DNA of 64,000 nucleotides from NCBI GenBank assembly GCA_964600985.1, contig CAZRJR010000001.1:45319-109318 (forward strand). Direction: 5' to 3'. The translations under genes and the position numbers were made by a program. This document shows positions 48,445 to 58,344 of the stretch, in pieces (within the stretch, counting starts at the first letter, position 1; each line of letters starts with the position of its first letter). The stretch comes from an uncultured Candidatus Saccharibacteria bacterium. Its GTDB lineage: Bacteria; Patescibacteriota; Saccharimonadia; CAILAD01; JADZBC01. The notes beneath the pieces are model-generated. The model did not search any database and was not told where the DNA came from. It saw only the letters and a list, made by a program, of their open reading frames with translations.

Positions 48445-49444
48445 GAAGATTATTTTAGCCAGCATAGGTATCGTGGGTATTGCTTTTGTAATCCTTGCAT
48501 CTCTTTGGGTGTTTGGCGTGTATGTACCGCAAAACAGCCAGGCTTCCAAGTCGGTGATCATCGAAATTTCCCCTGGTTCATCCATCAGCTCCATTGCCGA
48601 GACGCTTCATCGTAACAACATAATTAGCTCGGCGTTTATATTTAGTCTCTATGCTCGCACCAGCGGCAAGGGCGATAGACTTATTCCTGGCACTTACCAG
48701 TTTAAGGGTAGTATGAATATACCTCAGATTGTTGATTACTTAGCTAGTGGCCGAGTGGCTGCTCGCAAGATTACTGTGCCGGAAGGCTATACGGTGAACC
48801 AAATCGCCAGGCTATGGCAGGGTGCAGGATTTGGGAGTAGCGATGAGTTTATAGCTGCCGCGAGTAAGACGTACACTTACTCATTCCTGCCAGCTCCGGG
48901 AGGAAGCTACAGATACCAGGTAGAGGGCTATTTATTTCCGCTCACCTATAGTGTAAGTGTGAACGCTACTGCCGAGAGCTTCGTGCGCCAAATGTTGGCG
49001 GCTTTTGAGGCTCAAGCACTACCGACCATTACGCAGGGGCTGAGTTCGGGTGGTCAGCTCAAAACGGTGCAAGACGTAGTCACGCTGGCTTCCATCGTAG
49101 AGCACGAAGCGAATGACGTTGATAACCGCGGTAAGGTTGCCGGTGTGTTCCTGAACCGCTTAAGCCGTGGTATGGCCCTCGAGAGTGACGTAACGGTTGT
49201 ATACGCCACAGGCAATACGAACTTAACTGCCACTGATCTGTTGAGCCCATCTTTGTATAACACCCGATTGCGCAAAGGTCTGCCGCCAGGACCAATTTGT
49301 AATCCGAGTTTAGAAGCGATTCAGGCCGTGTTAAACCCGACTAAAACAGACTATATTTTCTTCCTGGCGGGCAAGGATGGCCAGGTATACTATGGTAAAA
49401 CTCTCCAGGAACATAACCAAAACATCGCTCGCTACCTAAAATAG
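48437..49444 (+). CDS. mltG: Endolytic transglycosylase
   Basis: TVPEG, EGYLFP.TY, LASIVEHEA, NRL..GM.LESD, GLPPGPICNP. Confidence 0.93.
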   Translation: MLKKIILASIGIVGIAFVILASLWVFGVYVPQNSQASKSVIIEISPGSSISSIAETLHRNNIISSAFIFSLYARTSGKGDRLIPGTYQFKGSMNIPQIVDYLASGRVAARKITVPEGYTVNQIARLWQGAGFGSSDEFIAAASKTYTYSFLPAPGGSYRYQVEGYLFPLTYSVSVNATAESFVRQMLAAFEAQALPTITQGLSSGGQLKTVQDVVTLASIVEHEANDVDNRGKVAGVFLNRLSRGMALESDVTVVYATGNTNLTATDLLSPSLYNTRLRKGLPPGPICNPSLEAIQAVLNPTKTDYIFFLAGKDGQVYYGKTLQEHNQNIARYLK

Positions 49445-49479
49445 GCATTTTATGCTTTATTTAAAGATAAAACGATGGG

Positions 49480-49508
49480 TTGACCGCTCGATTAGGCCGT
49501 GATAGACT
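49480..49508 (+). promoter_or_regulatory. Promoter TTGACC-17-TAGACT followed by an ~190-nt structured leader
   Basis: Read directly upstream of the LysM-CHAP gene. Confidence 0.65.
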
Positions 49509-49735
49509 TATCTACGTAACTCTACCAAGCATATCCAGTTCTTATGATGTGCAGCGGTAGATGAGCCTGCACCAGTTTGTCAGACAAGGAGTTTTAACGA
49601 AACAAAGGTCGAACCCTCTTGTCCTGGAATCAACTAGGAGAAAGACAAGCCGCAGTATGAACGCAGTTCTTTTTAGTTCAAACGCGTTAGAGGAGATGCT
49701 TTATTAGTAGAAAAGCACTTGGCCTCACCCTTAGA

Positions 49736-50908
49736 GTGCGTCACGAGTCATTCGTTGGCGTGGGAGGTAGCCATACTTTTTCGAAAATAAAAAACTCGCA
49801 CATTGCGGCTCAAACGGGCTCAGATGTGCAAAATAAAACTCGATTCTCTCAGGCTCAAACTGGCCTAACTCAAAAAATCCAACTCGATGCCCTTAAGCGT
49901 AAGGGAGGTGAGCACAAAGCAGGCTTTGCTCGTTTTGGTGTTCATGTTGCTGTCCTCGCAATGGTAGGCGTGTTTGTAGTGGCTGGCAGGTATACTCCAA
50001 GCTTTGCCCAAATGGGCGGGAGCGGGGCTGCGGTGCCTACAGCTGATCAGACTTCTGAGCTTGCTGCTGGCGCTGTAGTAGCCTCAGCTACCAATAGTGT
50101 AATTAAGGCTGATGTAGCCGAAATAGCCAACACTGCTAGCTCGCAAGTATATCTTGCTACAGCCGGTGATGGCTTCTTGGCTAAAAAGCAGCCTATACAG
50201 GTGTCCGCCCAAACGCACGATGTAGCCACCTACGCGGTTAAGAACGGCGATACGCTCTGGAGTATCTCGTCTCAGTTCAACATTACCACCGACACGATTA
50301 AGTGGGCCAACGACCTTAATGACGACAGTATTCTTAAGCCTGGCTCACAGCTTACCATTTTGCCCGTTAATGGCATTCTCTATGAGGCTAAGGGCGGTGA
50401 AGACTTGGGAGTACTCGCTACTAAATACCAGGCGAATGCGAGCATTATAGATAGCTTTAACGACCTTCAGGGTGCTGCACCAGTAGCTGGGACGAAGCTT
50501 ATTATTCCGGATGGGGTAATGCCGCAAGTAGCGAGTGTGGGCGCACCAACCGTGGCGAGACCTGCTGCGGTAGCGGCTGCTGCGTCTCCTGTGTTCTCTT
50601 ATCGTGGGAGCGGCAGTGGTTATACACCTGGCCAGTGCACGTGGTATGTGGCCTCACGACGTGCCATTCCTGGTAATTGGGGCAACGCCATTAGTTGGTA
50701 CTACAATGCTCAAGCAAGCGGCTATGCCGTGGGCGTTATACCTCGTGCTGGAGCAGTTGGCTGGGAACGCGGCATTAACCACGTAGTGTACGTAGAATCA
50801 GTTAACGGCGACGGTTCGGTCAATATTTCGGAAATGAACTTTAACTACCAAGCTGGGGTTCTTCACCGCCGCACTATGCCAGCTAGTGCCTTTCTCTACA
50901 TTTACTAA
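49736..50908 (+). CDS. LysM + CHAP peptidoglycan hydrolase
   Basis: YAVKNGDTLWSIS..TIKWAN, GQCTWYV..WGNA..HVVYVE..SEMN. Start uncertain. Confidence 0.9.
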   Translation: MRHESFVGVGGSHTFSKIKNSHIAAQTGSDVQNKTRFSQAQTGLTQKIQLDALKRKGGEHKAGFARFGVHVAVLAMVGVFVVAGRYTPSFAQMGGSGAAVPTADQTSELAAGAVVASATNSVIKADVAEIANTASSQVYLATAGDGFLAKKQPIQVSAQTHDVATYAVKNGDTLWSISSQFNITTDTIKWANDLNDDSILKPGSQLTILPVNGILYEAKGGEDLGVLATKYQANASIIDSFNDLQGAAPVAGTKLIIPDGVMPQVASVGAPTVARPAAVAAAASPVFSYRGSGSGYTPGQCTWYVASRRAIPGNWGNAISWYYNAQASGYAVGVIPRAGAVGWERGINHVVYVESVNGDGSVNISEMNFNYQAGVLHRRTMPASAFLYIY

Positions 50909-50926
50909 ACATTCTTAATTTGCATT

Positions 50927-50962
50927 ACAAACCCGCTTGGACACACGACCAAGCGGGTTTGT
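50927..50962 (+). terminator. Intrinsic terminator
   Basis: acaaacccgcttgg...ccaagcgggtttgt. Confidence 0.8.
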
Positions 50963-50980
50963 ATAAGGTACAATGTATAA

Positions 50981-53128
50981 GTGACTATTCTCGATGATCT
51001 TAACGAAGCCCAACGCACTGCGGCCATTACGATTGATGGCCCAGTACTTATGTTGGCCGGAGCTGGGAGCGGTAAAACCAAGACGTTAACCCATCGTATA
51101 GCCTACTTGTTGCTCGAAAAGCGTGTGCAGGCAACGCAGATTTTGGCCGTGACCTTTACTAATAAAGCCGCTAGCGAAATGCGCGAACGTATTAGTACGC
51201 TCATGGGAGTGCGTGCTGACTCATGGAGTTTTTTGCCCTTTTTAGGTACCTTTCATGGTATCGCTAATAGAATATTGCGCCGCGAAGCTGAGTACATCGG
51301 CTACCCACCCAACTTTCTAATATACGACACCTCGGACAGCCAAGCCGTGATTAAGCGCATATTGCGAGATCGTCACCTGGACGAAAAAATGTACTCACCA
51401 GGTCTGATGCTCAATCTCATTTCATCAGCCAAGAACGAACTTCTCACTCCTGCCCAGTATAAAGACCTTGCGGCCGGCAAGATGCAAGAAATGGCGGCCG
51501 AAATCTATCCCGCATATCAGCGCGCACTCAAGGAAGCTGGTGCTATGGACTTTGACGATATGATCATGCAGTTTGTGCGCTTGCTGCGGGAGAATCCCGA
51601 GGTGCTGCAAAAGTACCAGAATCAATTCCGCTATATTATGGTCGATGAATACCAGGATACAAACCATGCTCAATACCAGCTCATTCGCATGTTGGCTGCG
51701 GCTCACCACAACATTTGCGTAGTTGGCGATGATTGGCAGAGTATTTATTCATGGCGGGGGGCTAATTACGAGAATATATTGAACTTCGAAAAGGACTATC
51801 CTGAGGTGCAGGTGGTTAAGCTGGAACAAAATTACCGTTCCACCCAGACTATCTTGGATGCCGCTCATAGTGTTATTACCAAGAACACATCTCGCAGTGA
51901 AAAGAAACTATGGACTGATTTGGGGGCGGGTAGTAAGATCATCTGCGAAACCGTCGGCGATGAGCAGCAAGAAGGCAGGTTTGTGGTGGAGGCCGTTACT
52001 CAGCTGCGCAATCAAGACCCTAGCTTGAGTCTCAGCGATTTTGCAGTACTGTATCGCACTAATGCTCAGTCACGTACGCTCGAAGAATCGTTCCTGCGCT
52101 ATAATATGCCTTACCAAATTATCGGTGGCGTGCGGTTCTACGAGCGGAAGGAAATTAAGGATATGCTGTCCTACCTGCGCTATATATATCAGCCAAGCGA
52201 CCTAGTGAGTTTGGCACGAATTATTAATCTGCCACCACGTGGCTTGGGCGAAAGTAGCTTAAGCAAGTTCTTTGCCTACGTGCGCGAACAAGGCGTGAGC
52301 GCTCTGGAGGCCATGACTGAGCCTAGTCAGATTCCTGGACTTACACCTCGAGCCGCTCGCAGCTTTGAGCAGTTCGCAACATTGGTTACGAGTTTGCGTG
52401 CCGACGTAGAGCGCCTCAATCTCGGGGGCCTTGTGGAGGTGGTATTACGCCGGAGTGGCTATCAAGACTGGCTGAGCGACGGTAGCGCGATTGCTGAAGA
52501 CCGGCTCGAGAACTTACAGGAGTTCATTGGCGTAGCTAAGTCGTACGACCATGTGGGCCTCGAGGACTTCTTGACCGAAATTGCCCTGATCGCCGACGTA
52601 GACCAGTACAAAAAGGGTGTAGAATCAGTCACACTCATGACGCTCCATGCCGCTAAGGGTCTGGAGTTTAATACGGTATTCATGGTGGGGATGGAGGAGG
52701 GAGTTTTTCCACACTCACGTACGTTCTTCGAGCCCATGGAGCTCGAAGAAGAGCGCCGCCTTTGCTATGTGGGTATGACGCGAGCCAAGCAGCGGCTGTA
52801 TATGGTGAGTGCGATGAGTCGCATGCTATATGGTACGAGTCAGCACAATGCTCCATCGCGGTTCTTGAGTGATATTCCAAGTGATTTAGTAACTATCCGC
52901 CAGCCAGCTCAGTTTGAATCCATGCCCTCGGTTTTCTCGAGCTTTATGGGCTCTACTCCCACAACTCAGCGCAGTGAATTCGACGCCAAGCAGGGCGATA
53001 AAGTCGTGCACCCAAAGTTTGGCGCAGGGGTAGTGGTAAGTCGTGATGGTCATGAGGTAGTAGTTCAATTTAACTCAGTTGGAAGCAAAACCTTGAATTT
53101 AGAATACGCTCCGCTCAGACGGGCTTAG
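50981..53128 (+). CDS. pcrA: UvrD/PcrA helicase
   Basis: AGAGSGKT, TFTNKAA, VDEYQDTN, LEQNYRS, LYRTNAQS, TLHAAKGLEF, YVGMTRA. Confidence 0.96.
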   Translation: MTILDDLNEAQRTAAITIDGPVLMLAGAGSGKTKTLTHRIAYLLLEKRVQATQILAVTFTNKAASEMRERISTLMGVRADSWSFLPFLGTFHGIANRILRREAEYIGYPPNFLIYDTSDSQAVIKRILRDRHLDEKMYSPGLMLNLISSAKNELLTPAQYKDLAAGKMQEMAAEIYPAYQRALKEAGAMDFDDMIMQFVRLLRENPEVLQKYQNQFRYIMVDEYQDTNHAQYQLIRMLAAAHHNICVVGDDWQSIYSWRGANYENILNFEKDYPEVQVVKLEQNYRSTQTILDAAHSVITKNTSRSEKKLWTDLGAGSKIICETVGDEQQEGRFVVEAVTQLRNQDPSLSLSDFAVLYRTNAQSRTLEESFLRYNMPYQIIGGVRFYERKEIKDMLSYLRYIYQPSDLVSLARIINLPPRGLGESSLSKFFAYVREQGVSALEAMTEPSQIPGLTPRAARSFEQFATLVTSLRADVERLNLGGLVEVVLRRSGYQDWLSDGSAIAEDRLENLQEFIGVAKSYDHVGLEDFLTEIALIADVDQYKKGVESVTLMTLHAAKGLEFNTVFMVGMEEGVFPHSRTFFEPMELEEERRLCYVGMTRAKQRLYMVSAMSRMLYGTSQHNAPSRFLSDIPSDLVTIRQPAQFESMPSVFSSFMGSTPTTQRSEFDAKQGDKVVHPKFGAGVVVSRDGHEVVVQFNSVGSKTLNLEYAPLRRA

Positions 53129-53182
53129 AGGCTGCCTGTATCGCCTTGTAGCAATACAACTGTAGTGGTATAATGTCAATAT

Positions 53183-54466
53183 ATGTTTACAGATAATGTT
53201 ACAATTCGAGTCGTTGCCGGCAAAGGCGGTAATGGCAAAATGAGCTTCCGTTCGCGTCACGGCCAAGCCAAGGGCGGCCCCGATGGTGGTGATGGAGGTA
53301 ATGGTGGCGACGTAGTACTGCGCGCAGATAGTAATAACTCCACGCTGTCGAAGTTCCGATCGGCGCGCTTGTGGCAGGCTGACCCAGGTGTGGATGGCGG
53401 CTCCAATGACCGCAGGGGGCGGAATGCCGAAGCTCTCGTACTCACCGTACTACCCGGCACTAGTGTGTATCACGAGGGCGTCTTAATTGCCGACTTAGTA
53501 CACGATGGCGATGAGGCAGTCGTGGCACGAGGTGGCCGCGGCGGCTATGGCAATGCTCACTTTACATCCTCTACCCGCCAAGCTCCCAAAATATCCGAAC
53601 TCGGCGAACCAGGCGAAGAAAAGGACTTGCAGCTCGAGCTTAAATTGGTTGCCGACGTGGGCCTAGTGGGCTTACCTAACGCCGGTAAATCAACGTTACT
53701 GAGCGTAATCTCAAATGCTCGTCCACAAATCGCGGACTATCCCTTTACTACCCTAGTGCCCAATCTTGGCGTGGTGGACATGGATGGTAAGACATTCTTG
53801 GTCGCTGACATACCGGGCTTGATCAAAGGTGCAGCCGAGGGCAAAGGCTTGGGCGATGAATTCTTGCGTCACGTAGAGCGCACAAAGGTGCTGATCCATA
53901 TGATTGACGCAACAGCAAGCGATGTAGTGCAGGCTTACACTACTATCCAGCATGAGCTTCAGAATTACCGCATTAATCTGGCTGAATTGCCGCAGGTTTT
54001 GGTGCTTAATAAAGCTGATGGCTTGAGCCAAGAGGAACTCGATGCTAAGCGGCAGCTGCTAGCACAGGCAGCCGGACTAAAACCAGTCGATGTCATGGTG
54101 ATTTCGGCAGTTGCCAAGCAAGGGCTTGATGTGCTTCTGCGCAAAGTTATGCGCTTGCAGGAACAAATGGCGGAGCGCGAAGTGGCAGAACAGGCCCTCG
54201 AGCAAAAGTCTGAGTCAGCTATGCCGGTAATTCGCTTGCAAGATTCGAGTGACTTTTGGCAGGTACACAAGGTGGACGATACTACATTCGAGGTTCGTGG
54301 CACGGCACTCGAGGGTTTTGCAAAGCGCAGTAATTTGAATCAGTGGCAATCACGTGAGCGCTTGCTCGACATATTTAAGAAGCGCGGTGTATTGCGCGAG
54401 GTGCGGCGCCAGGGTGGTGGCGAAGGCGCTACTCTACGTATCGCTGGTAAGGAGCTGCAGTGGTAA
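53183..54466 (+). CDS. obgE: GTPase Obg
   Basis: GGPDGGDGG, GLPNAGKST, YPFTTLVP, DIPG, NKAD. Confidence 0.96.
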   Translation: MFTDNVTIRVVAGKGGNGKMSFRSRHGQAKGGPDGGDGGNGGDVVLRADSNNSTLSKFRSARLWQADPGVDGGSNDRRGRNAEALVLTVLPGTSVYHEGVLIADLVHDGDEAVVARGGRGGYGNAHFTSSTRQAPKISELGEPGEEKDLQLELKLVADVGLVGLPNAGKSTLLSVISNARPQIADYPFTTLVPNLGVVDMDGKTFLVADIPGLIKGAAEGKGLGDEFLRHVERTKVLIHMIDATASDVVQAYTTIQHELQNYRINLAELPQVLVLNKADGLSQEELDAKRQLLAQAAGLKPVDVMVISAVAKQGLDVLLRKVMRLQEQMAEREVAEQALEQKSESAMPVIRLQDSSDFWQVHKVDDTTFEVRGTALEGFAKRSNLNQWQSRERLLDIFKKRGVLREVRRQGGGEGATLRIAGKELQW

Positions 54467-55041
54467 GAATTAGCTACGAGGTGGCTGACACACTCATAGT
54501 AGCCGATACACAGCCAGATTTGTTTTCGCCAAAAGGTCTCGATATGGGCTCGCAACTACTTCTTGAAAGTGTAGCTAAACTAGGGGATTATAACAGCGCG
54601 CTGGATTGGGGTTGTGGCTGGGGGGCAATCGCGCTATGGCTGGCCAAGCACCAGCCGAAGAGCCACGTGGTGGCGCTTGATAGCGATATAGCGGCTGTTA
54701 CTACTACTCAATCAAATGCCCTGGCGGAAGGAATTGAGAACATCCAGGTTGTTGCCAGCCACGGCTATAGTGAAGTTAAGAATTCCAACCTTGATCTTAT
54801 TTGCTCAAATCCACCCACTCATCGCGGTCGCGAGGTGGTAGATAGTATGATTGCCGGATCGTTTGACCGACTTAAGCCCGGCGGAAAGCTCATTCTGGTA
54901 GTCGAAGCTCGCATTAAGCCTTGGGTGGCGCGCGAGATGACCAAAGTATTTGGTGGCTACAAGATTCTCAAGCGGGGCCCCAAGAACGTAGTGTTAATGT
55001 CATCCAAGCCAGACGGTTCTACTGGCACAGATATGCTATAA
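54460..55041 (+). CDS. RsmC-like small methyltransferase
   Basis: FSPKGLDMGS.LL, LDWGCGWG, SNPP. Confidence 0.85.
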   Translation: MVRISYEVADTLIVADTQPDLFSPKGLDMGSQLLLESVAKLGDYNSALDWGCGWGAIALWLAKHQPKSHVVALDSDIAAVTTTQSNALAEGIENIQVVASHGYSEVKNSNLDLICSNPPTHRGREVVDSMIAGSFDRLKPGGKLILVVEARIKPWVAREMTKVFGGYKILKRGPKNVVLMSSKPDGSTGTDML

Positions 55042-55048
55042 TTCTCTT

Positions 55049-55234
55049 ATGGTAAATGTAAAAAAAGCCGACGAGTTTTTTAAAAAAGAAATTGATACAG
55101 CCGAGATCGAGACGAGCGCTCACTACACCTACCGTGATGGCTTTCGGTTGGGGTTAGGCTTTTTTGTAGGCTTCTTGTTGGGATCGGTAATTCTCACGGT
55201 TCTCGTGATGGTGCTAAGTAGCGTATTGCGCTGA
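55049..55234 (+). CDS. Small membrane protein
   Basis: TATAAT 6 nt before the ATG; DGFRLGLGFFVG TM. Confidence 0.65.
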   Translation: MVNVKKADEFFKKEIDTAEIETSAHYTYRDGFRLGLGFFVGFLLGSVILTVLVMVLSSVLR

Positions 55235-55294
55235 CGGCTACATGTTCGCTGGTTGATTTTTTGCTCGTTTTAGCGCACAATTGTTGCTTGGTGC

Positions 55295-55370
<76 letters not shown>

Positions 55371-55398
55371 GGGATTATACTAACGCGGAGGAACTTTC

Positions 55399-55833
55399 GT
55401 GGAAGAACGAATCAAGCAGTCGAGTCAAAAAGCTCGAGAAAAAGCAAGAGCATCCAGGCAAAAAGCTCGCGCCGTTGCTAAGAATCAAGCGAGTGGCTTT
55501 GCTACATTTATTCGCGAACAAGGCGTGGTAGGGCTGGCAGTCGGCTTTATTCTTGGTGCTGCAGTAGCTAAGGTAGTTACCTCGCTCGTAAACGACATTA
55601 TTAACCCCTTACTTGGCGGACTACTCGGTCAAGCAGGTGGGCTCAAGACTGCCACCCTCAAGGTTGGTTCGGCTACGGTGGCCTGGGGCAACTTTGTAGC
55701 TACACTCATCGACTTCACGATTATTGCTGCCATAGTTTACTTTGGGATTAAGATCCTGCGCTTAGACAGGATAGATGTAAAGGCCGAAAAACAACTGGCC
55801 AAGGTTGGTACCATCGAGGCCAAGCTTCCATAA
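55399..55833 (+). CDS. mscL: Large-conductance mechanosensitive channel
   Basis: FIREQGVVGLAVGFILG..VVTSLVNDIINP, WGNFV..IDF.II. Confidence 0.9.
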   Translation: MEERIKQSSQKAREKARASRQKARAVAKNQASGFATFIREQGVVGLAVGFILGAAVAKVVTSLVNDIINPLLGGLLGQAGGLKTATLKVGSATVAWGNFVATLIDFTIIAAIVYFGIKILRLDRIDVKAEKQLAKVGTIEAKLP

Positions 55834-55864
55834 CGAGGTTTGTGTTAAAATAGCTTCAATACGT

Positions 55865-57139
55865 ATGAAGCAAGCTGCAAAAAAAATTATTACCCGCCGG
55901 CTCACTCGCAAGCTAAAGCTGCTCCTTAGTACACACAAGCCAACGGTTGTAATGGTAACCGGAACAGTTGGCAAAACCAGTACTAAGGTCGCAATCGCAC
56001 AGGTGCTCGAGGCTGCTGGGCGCAAGGTGGGCTATACTGAAGACAGTTACAACAGCGACATTGGTTTGCCACTGAGTGTATTTGGGCTCAAGGTACCAGA
56101 CAGATTGGGCGATGTACGGGCGTGGCGTGGTATATTCAGAGAAATAGACAAGCAAATCGCGCAATTTAACTATGACACACTGGTGCTAGAAGTCGCCGAA
56201 GACGACCTTGAGCTTATGCTGCCGTTCGTGGAGCTTATTAAGCCAACCCTAGGTGTGGTTACGGGGGTTTCTTTAGCACACACTGCTCGCATGGGGGGGC
56301 TAGATAAGATCCTTGCTGATCTCAAGAAACTAACCAAACCGGTACCTAAACTCATTTGCAATGCGGACTTTGCTGAGCTACGCGCGGGATTTAAGCCAGT
56401 TGCCACATATGGTACCACTGCAAAGGCCGATGCTATGGTAGAGAGTGCCAAGCGAGCTACCGATGGCAAACTCACTGCGGAATTAAGACTATTTGGCTCT
56501 ACAGAGGTGGTTAAAACTCAGCTAGTCGGCCGCCATAGTGTGTCAGTACTCTTAGCTGCTAGTGTAGTAGCCCATGAGTTAGGGGTGGAGACGAAAGTAA
56601 TCGTGTCTGCCCTCGCTAAAATCACTGCAGTAAAAGGCCGCATGAACTTGCTGCCGGCCGTGAATGAGGCACAGTTAATCGATGATAGCTACAATGCAGC
56701 TAGCCCAGTTGGAGTGTTTGCTGCGCTCGATACCCTTAGTGAATTTAAAGGCCGCAAAATTGCAGTATTGGGCAATATGAATGAGCTTGGCACCAAGAGC
56801 GAGCAGGCACATCGTGAGGTCGGTGCTTACGCTGCAAACATTGCCGATATGGTAGTGGTAATCGGCCCTGATGCCGAAAAGTATCTCGCGTCTGCTGCAA
56901 TTGATGCTGGCATGGATAAGTCGGCGGTTAAGGTGTTCCATACACCCTACGAGGCCGGGCACTACTTGAAAAAGAAGGTTACTAAGGGTGATGTGGTATT
57001 GGTAAAGGGATCGCAGAACAAAGTTTTTTCGGAAGAAGTCAGCCGCATATTGCTCGATCCTAAACTCGATCCAGCTGATGTGCTGGTGCGTCAGTCAGAC
57101 TTTTGGAAGCGTAAAAAGAAAAAGGCGTTTGCACAATAG
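55865..57139 (+). CDS. murF: UDP-MurNAc-tripeptide--D-Ala-D-Ala ligase
   Basis: VTGTVGKTSTK, YNSDIGLP, GRM, IDDSYNA, LGNMNELG, LVKGSQ. Confidence 0.9.
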   Translation: MKQAAKKIITRRLTRKLKLLLSTHKPTVVMVTGTVGKTSTKVAIAQVLEAAGRKVGYTEDSYNSDIGLPLSVFGLKVPDRLGDVRAWRGIFREIDKQIAQFNYDTLVLEVAEDDLELMLPFVELIKPTLGVVTGVSLAHTARMGGLDKILADLKKLTKPVPKLICNADFAELRAGFKPVATYGTTAKADAMVESAKRATDGKLTAELRLFGSTEVVKTQLVGRHSVSVLLAASVVAHELGVETKVIVSALAKITAVKGRMNLLPAVNEAQLIDDSYNAASPVGVFAALDTLSEFKGRKIAVLGNMNELGTKSEQAHREVGAYAANIADMVVVIGPDAEKYLASAAIDAGMDKSAVKVFHTPYEAGHYLKKKVTKGDVVLVKGSQNKVFSEEVSRILLDPKLDPADVLVRQSDFWKRKKKKAFAQ

Positions 57140-57904
57140 ATGAGCGCTCAATCAGTTGACCCACTTTTAAACAAGAAGGTTATTAAGCTAGGTTTTCAGG
57201 CTTCGAATGAAGAACTGGAGCGCGTAAAAAAAGCCACTGAGATTGAGCGCGAATGGTGGTCTGAAAGAGAAGCGTATAGTAGTTTTTCTGCCATTGAAGA
57301 GGACGTAGGCCGGGGTCATATGACCAAGGTCGAGGGCGCCACGAATTATCTTCCGGCAATGAGATTCAGGAATCCAAAGCTCAAGATACAGTATCCACCA
57401 TACTTAGAAGGTTTAACCAAGGCGCTATTGGATGAACTGACGCAAGAATGGCGAACGCGTATGGATGCCGAGGATCAGCCTAAAGATGTACGACTTGCCG
57501 TAGCTAACCTAACAATTACCCAGGCTTATCAAAAAGAACTTGCCAAAAGTGGAAAGTTGGCCATTTTAGGCAATCCACATGTTCGTGGCGTGGCGTTTGA
57601 TATCGATGCTAGTGCATATTATTTTGGCGATACGCCAGTTAATGATCGACAAAATCTTAAGAGTGAATACGACAAGCGCTTCACTGACGCTCAGGCAGCT
57701 TCGTATGTTCCGCCGTTTAGGAATTTTGATGAACACCTCACACGACGACCTTTGGAGATATTTGGGGAAGTTCTACAACAAGCCAAAATAGACGGAAAGC
57801 TTAACTTTGTTCTTGAATATCCTGGAACTAATAATGCAAGCTACCATATTTGTCGTAATCCAAACTATAAGCCTAAACTTGACAGTATGGCTCGCGGAGA
57901 CTAA
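57140..57904 (+). CDS. DUF5715-like protein
   Basis: PYL..T..LL, HVRGVAFDID, YHIC motifs. Confidence 0.6.
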   Translation: MSAQSVDPLLNKKVIKLGFQASNEELERVKKATEIEREWWSEREAYSSFSAIEEDVGRGHMTKVEGATNYLPAMRFRNPKLKIQYPPYLEGLTKALLDELTQEWRTRMDAEDQPKDVRLAVANLTITQAYQKELAKSGKLAILGNPHVRGVAFDIDASAYYFGDTPVNDRQNLKSEYDKRFTDAQAASYVPPFRNFDEHLTRRPLEIFGEVLQQAKIDGKLNFVLEYPGTNNASYHICRNPNYKPKLDSMARGD

Positions 57905-58104
57905 ACTAGCCCCATGAAATCACAACAACTCAACCTGCTGGGTCTCTTGCTTCGCTCGCCACGGTAGGTTTGTTGTATACCATATAAAAGATCTCCAGAC
58001 CGCCGCGAGGCGGCTTTTTGGTTCGCCCGATTGCTTCCCAATATCGGTCTGGAAATCACATTTGCAGACCGAAGCAGGAAACAACCACGAGCTTGGAGGC
58101 TCAC

Positions 58105-58254
58105 ATGTGTAATGACGATCGCTCTAAGGCTCGCCGTGACCACAACGGCGCAAGCGACGAGGACGGAGTGGTCTACCCGCAGGCCGAGAGCTGCCCGCAC
58201 TACGGCACACCTTCTCGGGCTCTGCCGCCTGATCACCGCAACTACCCCGCCTGA
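58105..58254 (+). CDS. 49-aa GC-rich orphan peptide (cassette G)
   Basis: GGAGG at 58095-58099 before the ATG; strong hairpin downstream. Confidence 0.5.
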   Translation: MCNDDRSKARRDHNGASDEDGVVYPQAESCPHYGTPSRALPPDHRNYPA

Positions 58255-58266
58255 TCGGCCCTGCCA

Positions 58267-58300
58267 GCTGGGGTAAGTGGCAAGTGCCACTTACCCCAGC
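58267..58300 (+). terminator. Hairpin downstream of cassette G
   Basis: gctggggtaagtggc-aagt-gccacttaccccagc, a perfect 15-bp stem. Confidence 0.8.
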
Positions 58301-58344
58301 ACCTCACTTTTACTATTAACCAATAAGTAGGCTACAATACAGGT

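Noticed and set aside
49515-49700. c-di-AMP (ydaO) riboswitch
   Set aside because: The conserved GCTGAA/GGGGTGAATC/CCCGTCAGCTAAC elements are absent.
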